Source of the DNA: Pseudomonadota bacterium
GTDB taxonomy: Bacteria > Pseudomonadota > Gammaproteobacteria > Pseudomonadales > Halieaceae
Direction: 5' to 3'
Length of the DNA: 64,000 nucleotides
NCBI GenBank assembly: GCA_039025905.1
Contig: JBCCNJ010000003.1
Span: 11,505 to 75,504, forward strand
Under the pieces are notes generated by a model. That model was not told the DNA's origin. It saw only the letters and a list, made by a program, of their open reading frames with translations, and searched no databases. Below are positions 1 through 13,545 of this stretch, one piece after another (the stretch's first letter is position 1; every line of letters starts with the position of its first letter). The translations under genes and the position numbers were made by a program.

Positions 1-235
1 CTCCCTCAGATCGCCCCCAAACACCCACCTCAACTCGCCGCCCGGGTTCTCCGATGGCGGTGAAGCAGCGTCCGATATTGATATTGTCGCCGGATATGTG
101 CACATACCAGGGCTTCATGATGGTATGAAAAGGTCCGAGGGATTTACACTGCGGGCGCAGATAATACTCAACCCACCACCTGCGAAATCTCAGGTATTGC
201 TTTTTCACCCAATAGGGTCGCAAATCCTCGCGCAT
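1..235 (-). CDS. N-terminal fragment of a hexapeptide-repeat (left-handed beta-helix) acyltransferase-like protein; gene continues past the window start
   Basis: Not in the supplied ORF track because it has no stop inside the window. My own minus-strand translation starts at ATG 235..233, just downstream of an in-frame TGA, and stays open to base 1: MREDLRPYWVKKQYLRFRRWWVEYYLRPQCKSLGPFHTIMKPWYVHISGDNINIGRCFTAIGEPGRRVEVGVWGRSEG. The PW-x-V-x-I-x-GD-x-I-x-IG pattern resembles WcaF/NodL-type O-acetyltransferase N-termini. Family assignment is from memory only. Confidence 0.4.
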   Translation of the reverse strand, partial: MREDLRPYWVKKQYLRFRRWWVEYYLRPQCKSLGPFHTIMKPWYVHISGDNINIGRCFTAIGEPGRRVEVGVWGRSEG

Positions 236-365
236 ACAAGCTCTCTCCAAAGAGCCATGGATGTATCAAAAATGGGCCGGTATCATCGCAGCGCCGGTCG
301 AGAACATCAAATGCACGCCAAATTGTGGGCAGCGCTGTCGACGCTGAAACCGAGGAAAAGTTAAG

Positions 366-1061
366 GTGCAAGGTACTTCACGTCAGCCAGAAAGTAACCA
401 GCCCCACTTGCACACCCGGCTCGCAGACAAAGTACAGCGACATCTGCAAGCACCGAGCAGCAAACCGCTGGCCGCCCACAGTGTAGCGGCTTTTAATCAG
501 CTACTCTCAGCGCTTGAGGCCCAATCACGGGCACTTATTCTCGATTCATTCTGTGGTAGCGGTCACAGCACATCTGCACTGGCACGCCAGTTTCCTGAAC
601 ACCTTATCGTTGGCGTAGATAAGTCAGAACATCGACTTGCAAAGCGCCCAGGGGACTGGCCTGCCAATGCCTTGTTGCTGCGTGCGGATTGCTATGCACT
701 GTGGCAACTGTTTGTAGAACACGGCCTAGGGGTTGAGCGCCACTACCTGCTCTATCCTAATCCCTGGCCCAAAGCGCGGCAGCTTCAACGCAGAGTACAT
801 GGCCACCCCGCGTTCTACTGGCTGACAAAGATACCTGGCGCGCTCGAGTTGCGAAGCAACTGGCAGATCTACGTTGAAGAGTTTGGCATAGCCATGTTTC
901 TCGCCGGCCGGCCCGGCAGCGTGCGGCAATTCGTACCCAAGACACCCATCAGCTTATTCGAAAAAAAATACCTAAACAGCGGCCATGACCTATGGCAGTT
1001 CAGCGATATGCCACCAGATCCATCCGCAGTCGCAGCTCCAAGCGCGCCCAACGCAGCGTGA
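366..1061 (+). CDS. TrmB-family SAM-dependent methyltransferase (tRNA guanine-N7 methyltransferase-like)
   Basis: 231 aa with a GTG start. The SAM-binding block DSFCGSGHST and LLYPNPWPKARQLQRRV match the TrmB-family FPDPWxKxRHxKRR block. The N-terminus is atypical for bona fide TrmB, so this may be a paralogue. Confidence 0.6.
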   Translation: MQGTSRQPESNQPHLHTRLADKVQRHLQAPSSKPLAAHSVAAFNQLLSALEAQSRALILDSFCGSGHSTSALARQFPEHLIVGVDKSEHRLAKRPGDWPANALLLRADCYALWQLFVEHGLGVERHYLLYPNPWPKARQLQRRVHGHPAFYWLTKIPGALELRSNWQIYVEEFGIAMFLAGRPGSVRQFVPKTPISLFEKKYLNSGHDLWQFSDMPPDPSAVAAPSAPNAA

Positions 1062-1110
1062 CGAAACGATCGAACTGAGCTACAGTGCCATAACGACACC
1101 GAGGTGATGT

Positions 1111-1938
1111 ATGACTGTTGCAACTAACGACCCTATTTGGGATCGGATACGCGAGGAAACCATTAGGCACGGGCAGGATGAGCCCATGCTCGCCAGTTTT
1201 CTGTATGCCACGATATTGAACCATCCCAAGCTCGAAGCTGCGCTGAGCTTTCATCTGGCGAACCTGCTCGATAGCGCCACCGCCTCGTCTCTGCTACTGC
1301 GGGACGTTATGATCCAGGCGTTCGACAGCGACCCGGTGATTAGAGACGCGGTAAGAGCAGATTTACAGGCTGTGCTGGACCGTGACTCAGCATGCCACGA
1401 GCTGTATATCCCGTTTCTCTACTTCAAAGGTTTTCACGCGCTGCAAGCCCAGCGGGTGGCGCACTGGTTGTGGCGACAAGGGCGACAGCCGCTGGCGCTG
1501 TTTTTTCAAAACCGCATTTCCACGACCTTCGGCGTCGATATTCACCCCGCCGCGCGCATGGGACACGGCATCATGCTGGATCATGCCACAGGGCTCGTGA
1601 TAGGCGAGACAGCTGTCGTTGGGAACAATGTTTCAATACTGCAAGAAGTGACGCTAGGCGGCACAGGTAAGGATGAAGGAGACAGGCATCCAAAAATTGG
1701 GGACGGTGTCCTCATCAGTGCGGGAGCGAAAATTCTCGGGAACATACACGTGGGAGTAGGCGCGAAAGTAGGTGCCGGCAGCGTCGTACTGGAAGATGTT
1801 CCACCGCATACAACGGTGGCAGGGGTGCCTGCAAAAGTGGTGGGACGACCTGCCAGCGATCAGCCCGCACTCGAGATGGAACACGATTTTTGCTGTGACG
1901 AAAACACATCGCAGCAAGACGAGTGCAGCGCCAGCTAG
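1111..1938 (+). CDS. cysE: Serine O-acetyltransferase
   Basis: 275 aa. SAT N-terminal helical domain followed by hexapeptide repeats (GDRHPKIGDGVLISAGAKILGNIHVGVGAKVGAGSVV). Confidence 0.9.
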   Translation: MTVATNDPIWDRIREETIRHGQDEPMLASFLYATILNHPKLEAALSFHLANLLDSATASSLLLRDVMIQAFDSDPVIRDAVRADLQAVLDRDSACHELYIPFLYFKGFHALQAQRVAHWLWRQGRQPLALFFQNRISTTFGVDIHPAARMGHGIMLDHATGLVIGETAVVGNNVSILQEVTLGGTGKDEGDRHPKIGDGVLISAGAKILGNIHVGVGAKVGAGSVVLEDVPPHTTVAGVPAKVVGRPASDQPALEMEHDFCCDENTSQQDECSAS

Positions 1939-1978
1939 TTAAGCGCTTCTGCTACTTCAGATCGCGAGCGCAGCAGAA

Positions 1979-3040
1979 TCAGTGATACTGGGGCGACAGC
2001 TCCTGGACGGCGTCGACAAACGCGGTGACATGATCAGGATTAACTCCAGGCGTGATACCGTGACCTAGATTGAAGACGTGGCCTGAACCTTCACCGTACG
2101 CTGCCAGTATAGTTGCTACCTCCTCACGAATACGCGCGGGTGAAGCAAACAACATACTGGGATCCATGTTCCCTTGCAGCGCTACTTCGTGTCCGACACG
2201 TTGTCTCGCCTGGCCGATGTCGGTAGTCCAATCTATGCCAACTGCCTGTGCGCCGCATCCGGCGATCGCCTCCAACCACTGGCCACCGCCCTTGGTAAAC
2301 ACAATCACCGGCACTGCTCTACCCTCGGACTCGCTTGGCAACTGCTCGACGACGCGTTGCATATAGGTAAGTGAAAACTCCAAATAGCCCGCTGCACTCA
2401 GGCTGCCACCCCAGGTGTCGAAGATCTGCACCGCCTGGGCTCCTGCACGGATCTGAGCGGCAAGATAGTCGGCCACGGCATCGGCCAGTATCGATAAAAT
2501 TTCGTGCATTAGTTGCGGTTGATCGTAGGCCATGGCTTTGACTCTGGCGAAGTCCTTGGATGAGCCGCCTTCCACCATATAGGTGGCGAGTGTCCAGGGA
2601 CTACCGGAAAAGCCTATGAGCGGCACCATGCCATTCAGTTCACGACGGATGGTGCGGACCGCCGCCATAACGTAATCGAGGTCATCGTCGGCGCGAATCG
2701 CATTGAGCCCAGCTAGATCAGCTTCGGTGCGCAACTGCTTGCGAAATCGCGGACCCTCACCCTCTTCAAAGTACAGCCCCAAACCCATAGCATCGGGCAC
2801 GGTGAGAATGTCTGAAAACAGAATCGCTGCGTCCATAGGATAGCGACGTAATGGCTGCATGGTCACTTCGCAGGCCAGTTCCTCGTTCTTGCAAAGATCC
2901 AAAAACGAGCCCGCCTGTTTTCGGGTAGCGCGGTACTCAGGTAGATATCTACCCGCCTGGCGCATCATCCAAATTGGGGTACGGTCTACACCTTCGCGCA
3001 TCAGCGCACGCAGAAATCGATCGTTTTTTAGTTCGCTCAT
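1979..3040 (-). CDS. hemE: Uroporphyrinogen decarboxylase
   Basis: 353 aa. Canonical URO-D N-terminus [33 protein letters not shown]. Confidence 0.95.
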   Translation of the reverse strand: MSELKNDRFLRALMREGVDRTPIWMMRQAGRYLPEYRATRKQAGSFLDLCKNEELACEVTMQPLRRYPMDAAILFSDILTVPDAMGLGLYFEEGEGPRFRKQLRTEADLAGLNAIRADDDLDYVMAAVRTIRRELNGMVPLIGFSGSPWTLATYMVEGGSSKDFARVKAMAYDQPQLMHEILSILADAVADYLAAQIRAGAQAVQIFDTWGGSLSAAGYLEFSLTYMQRVVEQLPSESEGRAVPVIVFTKGGGQWLEAIAGCGAQAVGIDWTTDIGQARQRVGHEVALQGNMDPSMLFASPARIREEVATILAAYGEGSGHVFNLGHGITPGVNPDHVTAFVDAVQELSPQYH

Positions 3041-3109
3041 GCGGTGGGAGTCCTGCTCAAGTGCAATTCTTATATCAGTAACATCTGCGTTGCTCTGTTT
3101 TACCTGTTC

Positions 3110-4558
<1,449 letters not shown>

Positions 4559-7500
4559 TTAGTCGGTATCACGCAAGCGCGACAGTAATCGATCCAGGTC
4601 TGCCGCCTTGGGTTTGACTAGCCAGAATTTGCCCACATAGTCCTCAAAGTTTTCCAGCAGCTTCGCGCCCCACTTGGAGCCGGTCTCCTCAGTGAATTCA
4701 CGAATATTGCCGCGCAAATGGTGCCTGTAGGCCTCCATGTACTCAGCGCTAACCCGATGGATTTCCACCAGTTCACTATTGAAGCGATCGATGAATCCTC
4801 GGTCCTGATCGAGAACGTAGGCAAAACCGCCTGTCATGCCGGCGCCAAAATTCACACCGGTCGGACCCAGCACAGTAACCACACCGCCGGTCATATACTC
4901 GCAGCAATGATCGCCTGCGCCTTCCACGACGGCGTGAACTCCGCTGTTACGCACACCGAAGCGCTCTCCGGCAATACCGGCTGCAAATAGCTTGCCACCG
5001 GTCGCGCCATAAAGACAGGTGTTGCCAACGATCACGGACTTGTGGGATTGGTATTCGCTGTCAGCACCGGGGTAAATGACCAGCTTGCCGCCGGCCATGC
5101 CCTTCCCGACATAATCGTTGGAATCGCCCTCGAGATACATGTGCAGCCCGCCCGCATTCCAGACACCAAAGCTCTGTCCTGCCGTTCCTTTTAGCCGCAG
5201 CGTCAGGGGGTTCGCCTCCATCCCTGTGTTGCCATGGCGGCGAGCAATTTCACCTGAAAGCCTTGCGCCAATCGAGCGATCACAATTGTTCACCTCAAAA
5301 TGAAACTCACCGCCACTACTCGCTTCGATCGCGCCCAGGGTTTCCCTCAGCATCATCTCGGCTTTCTCGCCCTTGTCGAACGGCGCATTGGCAGCAACCT
5401 GACAAAACTCAGGTTGTCCTTCCGCTTCGACTGGCTTGTGCAGGATCGGGCTGAGATCCAGCTTACCCTGCTTGCTCGTGCTGCCTGGAAGCACCTCTAA
5501 AAGGTCGGTTCTGCCAATCAGTGCCTGCAGCGTCGGCACGCCGATACGGGCCAGCCACTCCCGTGTCTCCATCGCGATAAAGGTAAAGAAATTAACCACC
5601 ATTTCGACCGTGCCATTGAAGTGATCTTGCCGCAGTTTTTGATTCTGCGTGGCAACACCAGTCGCACAATTATTGAGGTGACAGATACGTAAGTACTTAC
5701 ACCCCAGCGCTACCATTGGCGCCGTACCAAAGCCGAAACTCTCCGCACCCAGAATAGCTGCCTTAATCACATCTAAACCGGTCTTTAAGCCACCATCCGC
5801 TTGCAGACGGATGAAACCGCGTAGCTGGTTGCCGCGCAGCGTTTGCTGCACCTCCGCCAGGCCAAGCTCAAACGGAGATCCCGCAGAGCGAATGGAGGTG
5901 AGCGGGCTGGCAGCAGTGCCACCGTCATATCCGGAGATCGTGATGAGATCAGCGTAGGCTTTCGTCACGCCTGCGGCGATCGTGCCCACCCCAGGTTCAG
6001 ACACCAACTTGACGGATACAAGCGCTTGAGGATTCACCTGCTTGAGATCGAAAATCAGCTGAGCAAGGTCTTCGATGGAATAAATATCATGATGCGGTGG
6101 CGGCGATATCAACGTCACGCCAGGGACAGAGTACCGCAGCCTGGCAATCAACTCGTTGACCTTGCCACCGGGTAGCTGACCACCTTCTCCGGGCTTCGCC
6201 CCCTGTGCCACCTTAATCTGCAGCACCTCTGCATTGACCAGATAATGCGGTGTAACGCCAAACCGGCCGGACGCAATCTGCTTGATTTTCGACACACGCT
6301 CGGTGCCAAAGCGCTCCGGATCCTCGCCACCCTCACCGGAGTTTGATCTCGCACCAATCCGGTTCATCGCCGCCGCCATGGCCTGATGGGCCTCCGGGCT
6401 AAGCGCTCCCAGCGACATACCTGCCGAGTCGAAGCGACGCAGGATATTCTCCAAGGGCTCTACGTCATCGAGCTGAAGCGGGGTCGATATCTCTCTGGGC
6501 TTGAGTAGGTCTCTGAGGGTGGCAACGGGACGGTCGTTCACCAGCTTGCTGTAGCGTTTATAATCGGCATAGTCTCCGCTGGCAACGGCTTGCTGCAGGC
6601 TCATCACCACGTCTGGATTGAAGGCGTGGTACTCCTGCCCGTGTACATACTTCAGTAAGCCGCCTTGTTCGATATTTTTACGCAGGCTCCATGCTCGCCT
6701 CGCAAGCGTCTTTTGATCCTCTTCGAGCTCATCGAACCCAGCGCCTTCTATGCGCGACGCGACACCCTTAAAGGCGACTTCGACAACCTCTTGCGATAAT
6801 CCCACCGCTTCGAACAGCTGGGCACCACGATAGGAGCTAACTGCCGAAATCCCCATCTTCGACATGATTTTCAGCAGGCCTTTGTTGATTCCCTTACGGT
6901 ACTTTTTGTAGCAAGCGCTGGGTTCTCCTAGTACCTCACCGCTGCGTATCAGTTCCTCAAGCACGCTGTAAGCAAGATAGGGATAAACCGCTGTCGCACC
7001 AAAGCCGAGCAGACAAGCAATTTGATGAGAATCTCTGGCGCTGCCCGACTCAACAACCAGGTTGGCGTCGATGCGCAGACCTACACTGATCAGATGGTGA
7101 TGCAGCGCACCCACCGTCAACAAGCTGTGTATGGGGAGCCGATCTTTGGCGATACCCCTATCGGACAGAATCAAAATAGTAACGCCACTGCGCACTGCTT
7201 CTTCGGCAGCGCTGGTCATATCTGTTATGGCCTGATGTAAGCTCTTCTCAGCAGGTGCATAGGTGCAATCAATCTTGCTAACCGTAAAACCCGGTCTATC
7301 CAGTTCAAGTAGCGTATTGAATTTGCCTTGGGAAAGCACGGGCGAGGTGAGCACAACGCGGTCGGCATGCTCTGGCCCCACATGGAATATATTCTTCTCG
7401 CCGCCAAGGTCTGTGACCAGCGACATCACGATCGTCTCTCGCAAGGGATCGATGGGTGGGTTGGTGACTTGCGCAAACTTCTGCCGGAAATAATCGTAGA

Positions 7501-9001
7501 GTGAGCGCTCCATTTTGGACAATACCGCCATCGGCGTATCATCTCCCATAGACCCCACACCCTCGTTGCCGGTCTCGGCTAGCGGCCTCAGCACCTGATC
7601 TCGCTCTTCGAAACTGACCTGAAACATCTTCATGTACTGCTCCAGCATCGATGCTTCAATCCCAGTGGCGAGCTCACCAGCAAAGGTACCCTCGATGCGC
7701 TGGGACTTCTCCCGCAGCCATTGTTTGTAGGGATGCTGGCGCTTTAGGCGATTATCAATCTCATCGTTTTCAAGCAGTTCGCCGGTTTCGGTGTCAACCA
7801 TAAGAATCTGGCCCGGCCCGACACGCCCTTTTGCGATAACGTCTTCGTTTTTATAGCCGTGGGTGCCTACTTCTGATGCGAGGGTGATAAACCCATCTTT
7901 GGTCGTTACCCATCGCGCCGGTCTCAGACCGTTGCGATCAAGCAGGCAAACCGCATAGCGGCCGTCGGTCAATACCACCCCTGCAGGCCCATCCCAGGGC
8001 TCCATATGCATCGAGTGGTATTCATAAAATGCCTTAAGGTCAGGATCCATGGACTCGATGTTTTGCCAAGCCGGCGGGATTAGCATTCGCAGAGCGCGGG
8101 CCATGTCGACACCGCCCGTGAGCAATACATCGAGCATGTTATCGAGGCTAGAGGAGTCCGATCCGCTGCGGTTGACGAGAGGCGCGACAGACTGGATATC
8201 CGGCAGGCGGTCAGTTTGAAAGCGTGCGGTGCGTGCATCTGCCCAGTTGCGGTTGCCTTCGATGGTGTTGATCTCGCCATTGTGGGCGAGCAGCCTAAAG
8301 GGCTGCGCCAAAGGCCAGCGGGGCATGGTGTTGGTGGAAAAGCGCTGGTGGAACACGCAGATGGCTGTCTCAAGTCGCTCATCATCCAGATCGAGGTAGA
8401 AACGCGCCAGGTCAACCGGCATGACCAGCCCCTTATAGGCGATCACGCGGCCTGAGAGGCTGCAGATGTAAAACTCCTCGTCCCCGGAAACCGCAAGCTC
8501 CATGTTGCGCCTGGCGACGAAGAGTTTGGTACTCAAGTCGTCTGGCGTCACTCCTCCCGCTTCAACAAAGACTTGCTCGATAATTGGCATGGTCGACAAT
8601 GCGATGCTCCCGCATACCGCACTATCCGTTGGTACGACCCTCCAACCGAGCACACGTAGACCCTGGTCAGTAAGCGCTCGCTCTACCTCTGATCTAGCGG
8701 CCGCGGCGAGGGCTGCGTCATTACTAAGGAAGATCTGACCAACAGCGTAGTTATCGCCCAAAGTAAAGTCGAAATGCTCCTTAGCCAGGATTCGCATAAA
8801 TTGATCTGGCATCTGCAGTAACAAGCCGCAACCATCACCGGTTTTCCCATCCGCGGCGATACCGCCTCGGTGCGTCATACAGGTAAGCGATTCGATAGCA
8901 GTGAGCAGCAGGCGATGACTGGCCTCGCCGGCAGTATGCGCGATCAGGCCAAAGCCACAATTATCACGACATTCATCAGGTCTATACAGGCCTGCGCTCA
9001 T
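4559..9001 (-). CDS. gltB: Glutamate synthase (NADPH) large subunit
   Basis: 1480 aa. Ntn-amidotransferase N-terminus with catalytic Cys ([10 protein letters not shown]), a central FMN/3Fe-4S domain and a C-terminal Gly-rich beta-helix domain. Confidence 0.97.
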   Translation of the reverse strand: MSAGLYRPDECRDNCGFGLIAHTAGEASHRLLLTAIESLTCMTHRGGIAADGKTGDGCGLLLQMPDQFMRILAKEHFDFTLGDNYAVGQIFLSNDAALAAAARSEVERALTDQGLRVLGWRVVPTDSAVCGSIALSTMPIIEQVFVEAGGVTPDDLSTKLFVARRNMELAVSGDEEFYICSLSGRVIAYKGLVMPVDLARFYLDLDDERLETAICVFHQRFSTNTMPRWPLAQPFRLLAHNGEINTIEGNRNWADARTARFQTDRLPDIQSVAPLVNRSGSDSSSLDNMLDVLLTGGVDMARALRMLIPPAWQNIESMDPDLKAFYEYHSMHMEPWDGPAGVVLTDGRYAVCLLDRNGLRPARWVTTKDGFITLASEVGTHGYKNEDVIAKGRVGPGQILMVDTETGELLENDEIDNRLKRQHPYKQWLREKSQRIEGTFAGELATGIEASMLEQYMKMFQVSFEERDQVLRPLAETGNEGVGSMGDDTPMAVLSKMERSLYDYFRQKFAQVTNPPIDPLRETIVMSLVTDLGGEKNIFHVGPEHADRVVLTSPVLSQGKFNTLLELDRPGFTVSKIDCTYAPAEKSLHQAITDMTSAAEEAVRSGVTILILSDRGIAKDRLPIHSLLTVGALHHHLISVGLRIDANLVVESGSARDSHQIACLLGFGATAVYPYLAYSVLEELIRSGEVLGEPSACYKKYRKGINKGLLKIMSKMGISAVSSYRGAQLFEAVGLSQEVVEVAFKGVASRIEGAGFDELEEDQKTLARRAWSLRKNIEQGGLLKYVHGQEYHAFNPDVVMSLQQAVASGDYADYKRYSKLVNDRPVATLRDLLKPREISTPLQLDDVEPLENILRRFDSAGMSLGALSPEAHQAMAAAMNRIGARSNSGEGGEDPERFGTERVSKIKQIASGRFGVTPHYLVNAEVLQIKVAQGAKPGEGGQLPGGKVNELIARLRYSVPGVTLISPPPHHDIYSIEDLAQLIFDLKQVNPQALVSVKLVSEPGVGTIAAGVTKAYADLITISGYDGGTAASPLTSIRSAGSPFELGLAEVQQTLRGNQLRGFIRLQADGGLKTGLDVIKAAILGAESFGFGTAPMVALGCKYLRICHLNNCATGVATQNQKLRQDHFNGTVEMVVNFFTFIAMETREWLARIGVPTLQALIGRTDLLEVLPGSTSKQGKLDLSPILHKPVEAEGQPEFCQVAANAPFDKGEKAEMMLRETLGAIEASSGGEFHFEVNNCDRSIGARLSGEIARRHGNTGMEANPLTLRLKGTAGQSFGVWNAGGLHMYLEGDSNDYVGKGMAGGKLVIYPGADSEYQSHKSVIVGNTCLYGATGGKLFAAGIAGERFGVRNSGVHAVVEGAGDHCCEYMTGGVVTVLGPTGVNFGAGMTGGFAYVLDQDRGFIDRFNSELVEIHRVSAEYMEAYRHHLRGNIREFTEETGSKWGAKLLENFEDYVGKFWLVKPKAADLDRLLSRLRDTD

Positions 9002-9145
9002 AAACAGTCCAAATTAGCTATTTAAATCAAAAAGTTAACGCGGAGCACCAGACGCCAAAGTCGAGGCCAGACGTGCAGGCGGCCGATCATTTTACACAGA
9101 TGGATGGCGCCGGACAAACAGCGCTAGCGGAGGAAAATCAGTAGT

Positions 9146-10225
9146 TTAAGCCGACCCGTTCAATAATTGCGTCAGCTCGGAATCGGTGACATCGTCTACT
9201 ACACAGGCCCGACCAATTTCTCGCGGCAACACCAGACGCAGTTGACCATCAATGACTTTCTTATCTCTGGCCATTAACTCTAGAAAGCGTTCGGCAGCCA
9301 TGTCGGCCGGTGGTGTCACTGGCAGCTCGGCCTGTTCCAACAAGCTGCACAAGGCACTGACTTCCTCACTGTCAATCCAGCCGCGTCGTGATGCCAGTTC
9401 CAAGGCCAAGACCATACCGGCCGCAACGGCCTCACCGTGCAGCCATTGGCTATAGCCGAGTTCAGTTTCAATCGCATGCCCAAACGTATGTCCCAAGTTG
9501 AGTATGGCTCGCATACCCGATTCTCGTTCATCGGCCGATACCACGCTTGCTTTGTTGCCGCAGCTGCGCTCTATAGCCTCAGCCAGCACACTTTGTTCCC
9601 TGGCTATCAACTGTGGCATGTGATGCTGCAGCCATCGATAGAATGGCTCATCGCGGATGAGACCATACTTAATTACCTCCGCCAGACCAGCGGAAAACTC
9701 CCGAGCGGGTAGCGTTTGTAAGGTAGAAGTATCAATTAAGACCGCATCAGGTTGATGAAACGCACCGATCATGTTTTTACCCAGGGGATGGTTGACGGCC
9801 GTCTTACCGCCCACAGAGGAATCCACCTGAGCAAGCAAAGTAGTGGGTAGCTGTATAAAACGGACGCCCCGCTGGTAAGTGGCCGCGGCGAAACCGGTGA
9901 CGTCACCTACCACGCCACCCCCCAAGGCCACAAAGGTTGTGGTGCGGTTGTGGCCCGCTGCCATCACTTGATCATAAATATCGCTTAACGTCGCCATTGT
10001 CTTGAACTGTTCACCGTCGGGCAACAGGATCTTTGTGACCTGCTTGCTGGACTCAAGAACGGCGCTGACCTTGTCGAGGTAGAGTGGAGCGATGGTGACG
10101 TTGCTGACTAAAACCACCTGCGAGCTGTGGATATGGCCGACAAGTAAGTCCGGGTCACTCAGTAAATCGTGACCGATGTAGATGGGATAGCTGCGCTCCC
10201 CGAGATCAACGCGCAAGGTACGCAT
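9146..10225 (-). CDS. aroB: 3-dehydroquinate synthase
   Basis: The ORF-track start (TTG 10237) is trimmed to ATG 10225, giving [18 protein letters not shown] (E. coli AroB has [10 protein letters not shown]). NAD-binding [14 protein letters not shown] and metal-binding HTFGHAIE are present. Confidence 0.93.
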   Translation of the reverse strand: MRTLRVDLGERSYPIYIGHDLLSDPDLLVGHIHSSQVVLVSNVTIAPLYLDKVSAVLESSKQVTKILLPDGEQFKTMATLSDIYDQVMAAGHNRTTTFVALGGGVVGDVTGFAAATYQRGVRFIQLPTTLLAQVDSSVGGKTAVNHPLGKNMIGAFHQPDAVLIDTSTLQTLPAREFSAGLAEVIKYGLIRDEPFYRWLQHHMPQLIAREQSVLAEAIERSCGNKASVVSADERESGMRAILNLGHTFGHAIETELGYSQWLHGEAVAAGMVLALELASRRGWIDSEEVSALCSLLEQAELPVTPPADMAAERFLELMARDKKVIDGQLRLVLPREIGRACVVDDVTDSELTQLLNGSA

Positions 10226-10317
10226 AACAAACGCCAACCGCTTTTCTTCAAGGTTTTTCGGAAGGGGGGATCATACAGCAAGCAGCTCCGTAGAACACCG
10301 CATCAGCCGCCTGCGAA

Positions 10318-10836
10318 CTATGCCGATTGCAGCTCTTTAACCAGGCGCTGCGCGACGGTTCGGGGGCTGCAACCGTCAGTCTCAATAATGTGATCAGCGA
10401 TCTCTTTGTAAAGCGGGTCACGCACTTCCATCAGCTTGCGAAGAATTTGCTCGGGATCGCCACGCTGCAATAACGGTCTGCGGCGATCCCGCCGGGTACG
10501 CCTGACCTGCTCATCGACGGTAGCATATAGGTACACAACGAAACCTCTAGCGGCCAGAGCATTGCGGTTCTCTGAACGCATAACAACGCCACCGCCGGTA
10601 GCGAGCACGATCTTGTCCCACTGAGTCATTTCCTGAACAACCTGCAGCTCGCGTTCGCGAAACCCTTCCTCTCCCTCGACATCGAATATCCAGGGTATAT
10701 CAGCCCCGGTACGGGATTCGATCTCAGAGTCGGTGTCGGCAAAGCGCAGCTTAAGGTGCTGTGCCAAATATTTGCCAATGGTTGACTTGCCGGCCCCCAT
10801 GGGGCCGACCAGAAATATCCTGTGAAGCTGAGGCAC
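10318..10836 (-). CDS. aroK: Shikimate kinase
   Basis: 172 aa. P-loop [12 protein letters not shown]. The start abuts the pilQ stop (10837), which is the conserved pilQ-aroK-aroB arrangement. Confidence 0.93.
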   Translation of the reverse strand: MPQLHRIFLVGPMGAGKSTIGKYLAQHLKLRFADTDSEIESRTGADIPWIFDVEGEEGFRERELQVVQEMTQWDKIVLATGGGVVMRSENRNALAARGFVVYLYATVDEQVRRTRRDRRRPLLQRGDPEQILRKLMEVRDPLYKEIADHIIETDGCSPRTVAQRLVKELQSA

Positions 10837-12951
10837 TTAGTCGAGTAGCGTTTCCGCCAAGATGCGCGGCGTGATGAAGATAAGTGTTTCAGTCTTGGTG
10901 TTGTCTGTGGTGGTGTTTCTGAAGAACGCGCCGATGTAGGGCAGGTCGCCGAAGAAGGGCACCTTGTTCACCGATTCAATGTCCTCGGTTCTAAATACAC
11001 CGCCCAAGACGACCGTCTCACCGTTACCAACAAGTACCTGAGTGTTCAATTCCGTGGTGTCGATGGAAGGGATGAAGCCACCCTGCCCACTGGGTACGAG
11101 TTCGCCCACTGAGTCCTGATTGATCTTCAGATTCAACATGATTCTATCATCAGGCGTGATGTTGGGTGTTACGTCAAGGGACAATACGGCATCCTTAAAG
11201 GTCACTGTAGTCTCACCACTGGCCGAGGACTCCTGGTAGGGAATCTCCGTACCAGACTTGATGGATGCCTCCTGCTTGTCACCGGTGATGACTTTAGGTT
11301 GCGAAACCACCTCGCCCTGTCCGGCCGCTTCCAGTGCCGACAACTCCGCAGTCAGGAATAAGTCACCGCTGGCAAAGCCCACTGCAAAGCCGCTATTTCG
11401 GGTTACACCCAGATCGACCAGTAAGGCACCGGGATAGCTCAGCGTGGGCTGAGTACCGTTGATGGCAGACTCATTCAGGTTAACCACGTTGTTGGTATCG
11501 CCGGATACGGAGTAGATATCCCCGTCGTCGTTATTCAAATAGCCGCCGCCCCATTCGATGCCTAAATTCAACGTGGCGTCGGATTGTGCGATCACGATGC
11601 GTGCTTCGATCATTACCTGCCTAATGGGAATATCTACCAACTCAATGAGGGAACGAATTTCCGCTAGCTTCGGCGCGGTCTCGGTAATGATCAGCGAATT
11701 CGTGCGCGGCTCAACAACAACAGAGCCGCGTGACGATATTAAACTGCCGCCCTCTTCTGAGCCTGCATTAAATAACTCAACAATGTTCCCCGCGCTGGCG
11801 TACCGGATGCGAACAAATTCAGATACCAACGGCGCAAGTTCGGCAATCTGTTTATTCGCTTCTATCTGCTGACGCTCGCGTTCTGCTATTTCAGCCGCGG
11901 GCGCAACCATCAGTACATTACCTATTTGCCGTTTATCCAGTCCCTTGGTTTTCAGCACTAGTTCCAAGGCCTGATCCCATGGCACATTTTGCAGACGCAA
12001 GGTGATGCGGCCGCGCACAGTATCACTGGCCACCAGGTTCAATTCGGTAAAATCGGCAATCAGCTGCAGGACCGCGCGTATCTCAATATCTTGGAAGTTG
12101 AGCGAGATGCGATCGCCAACGTAGCTGAACTCATTGCGCCGCTCCTCGACTTCTTTCTTGGTAAGCGGCTTCACACTCAGTACATACTCGTTGTCTGTTT
12201 GATAGGCTAGGTAATCAAAATCACCCGTATTCTTCAGCGTGAGTGTTGTGCCACGTTCGTTGGTGTTGACATCAATACTGGTTACCGGCGTCGCAAAGTC
12301 AGTCACATCATAGCGACGCAGAAGTCGCTCTGGCACGGTGGTATCTACGAACTGCACTTTGACATCGCCCGCTTCGCTGAAGACGTTGACATCAACTGAT
12401 GGATCCGTCAGCTCCAGTGTCAGACGACCTTCGCCATCGCCGGTGCGCTGAAACTGCAGATCGGTGATTTCAGAGGCAACGTCATTGACTGGCACGATTG
12501 TAGTAGCCACTTCGTAGGGATCGGTCGTAGGCTTGATGTAATCCCCGGCGCTTTCCTGACCGACCACGACATACAGGCTATTGCCATCCACTCTGGTTTC
12601 GTAAGGGACGACTTTAACCAAATTGACAACCATACGAGTCCTATCACCCGACTCCAGTACAATCACGCCGGTGGCATTGCCGTAGGGAAGTGAGTAGCGC
12701 TTGCGATCAAGAGCACTCTTCGTATTAGGGAAGTCGATAGCAATGCGCGCTGGCTTTTCTATCGTGTAAGACTTCAGCTCTGGCGGTGGCTCATCGAAGT
12801 CCATACGAATTTCGAATTTGCTGCCTGGCCTGGCGCTGAATTCAATATCTTCAATAGTGGCTGCGTTCAAGACCCCTGATACGCCCGTCATCAACAGGCC
12901 GCTGACTGTAGTCAGCAGACCTCTTCTGATGCTTTCTATTACTTTCCCCAC
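10837..12951 (-). CDS. pilQ: Type IV pilus secretin PilQ
   Basis: 704 aa. Signal peptide, AMIN-like N-terminal repeats, and a C-terminal secretin domain ending VPFFGDLPYIGAFFR. Last gene of pilMNOPQ. Confidence 0.95.
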   Translation of the reverse strand: MGKVIESIRRGLLTTVSGLLMTGVSGVLNAATIEDIEFSARPGSKFEIRMDFDEPPPELKSYTIEKPARIAIDFPNTKSALDRKRYSLPYGNATGVIVLESGDRTRMVVNLVKVVPYETRVDGNSLYVVVGQESAGDYIKPTTDPYEVATTIVPVNDVASEITDLQFQRTGDGEGRLTLELTDPSVDVNVFSEAGDVKVQFVDTTVPERLLRRYDVTDFATPVTSIDVNTNERGTTLTLKNTGDFDYLAYQTDNEYVLSVKPLTKKEVEERRNEFSYVGDRISLNFQDIEIRAVLQLIADFTELNLVASDTVRGRITLRLQNVPWDQALELVLKTKGLDKRQIGNVLMVAPAAEIAERERQQIEANKQIAELAPLVSEFVRIRYASAGNIVELFNAGSEEGGSLISSRGSVVVEPRTNSLIITETAPKLAEIRSLIELVDIPIRQVMIEARIVIAQSDATLNLGIEWGGGYLNNDDGDIYSVSGDTNNVVNLNESAINGTQPTLSYPGALLVDLGVTRNSGFAVGFASGDLFLTAELSALEAAGQGEVVSQPKVITGDKQEASIKSGTEIPYQESSASGETTVTFKDAVLSLDVTPNITPDDRIMLNLKINQDSVGELVPSGQGGFIPSIDTTELNTQVLVGNGETVVLGGVFRTEDIESVNKVPFFGDLPYIGAFFRNTTTDNTKTETLIFITPRILAETLLD

Positions 12952-13009
12952 GGCCTTCTTCCCCAGATATTGTTTTTTACTAGTTATGGCACTGCCTTTC
13001 GGTAGTTGC

Positions 13010-13543
13010 TTACACGCCAGTCAGTTTGATTGTGCGCGGACGCTCCACCCAGCCGTCAGCGGTGCCATCACTAACGATTTCTACGACGCCCACATAACTG
13101 TCTGTCATTTCGACAATCCTGCCGTGGTGTCGGCCCAGATAATTGCCCAGTGTTACCCTGTGAACGCCCCCGTCCGGGTCACTGATCAACGTCCAATTCG
13201 TTCCATCGCGCTCAAGCGTCCCCACCATGCGCAAGGAATCGAATGTGTACTGTTCTAAAAACTCTTTTGACCTGTCTTCGTCCGGCTTGATCGCACTGAT
13301 CGCCTGCAATTGGGCGATTTCTCGCACTTCAACCGGCCGATCGAAAGGGCTTCTTAATGTCGTTGCACTATACGAAAATGCCTCATAGGCCTTAAACGTC
13401 GGTATCGGCGCGATCACACCACCTGGTCGTTCCCGCTTAGATGCCATAAACGCATCCAGATCGGAAAAATTCCTGCTGCCGCATGCACTCAAGACAATCG
13501 TGAGCGGTAAGACTGTCGCTAAGGTTCGCGAGAAGAGTTTCAT
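13010..13543 (-). CDS. pilP: Type IV pilus assembly lipoprotein PilP
   Basis: 177 aa. Lipobox (LSACGS). Position between pilO and pilQ. Confidence 0.85.
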   Translation of the reverse strand: MKLFSRTLATVLPLTIVLSACGSRNFSDLDAFMASKRERPGGVIAPIPTFKAYEAFSYSATTLRSPFDRPVEVREIAQLQAISAIKPDEDRSKEFLEQYTFDSLRMVGTLERDGTNWTLISDPDGGVHRVTLGNYLGRHHGRIVEMTDSYVGVVEIVSDGTADGWVERPRTIKLTGV

Positions 13544-13545
13544 TA

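Noticed and set aside
98-371. Track ORFs 98..364 (+) and 168..371 (-) at the left edge.
   Set aside because: Their composition is not protein-like. They overlap the better-supported minus-strand edge ORF (1..235) and the divergent promoter region of the TrmB-family gene.
4559-9001. Numerous 60-160-aa ORFs antisense to, or out of frame within, large genes. Examples: 8080..8415, 5843..6175 and 7263..7493 in gltB; 20598..21014 in priA; 22622..23095 in argS; 25583..26050 in hslU; 30954..31466 over hisE/tatA; 57566..58048.
   Set aside because: All lie entirely inside long ORFs with unambiguous family signatures. They have Arg/Ser/Pro/Cys-rich, low-complexity translations typical of shadow frames in GC-rich DNA, and they lack plausible ribosome-binding sites.
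11980-11993. Sigma-54-like TGGCAC-N5-GCA element; a similar TGGCACGCCAGTTTCC occurs at about 585.
   Set aside because: The GG-to-GC spacing is wrong, 10 nt instead of 12. It is on the strand opposite pilQ, inside coding sequence, and no downstream gene is served.
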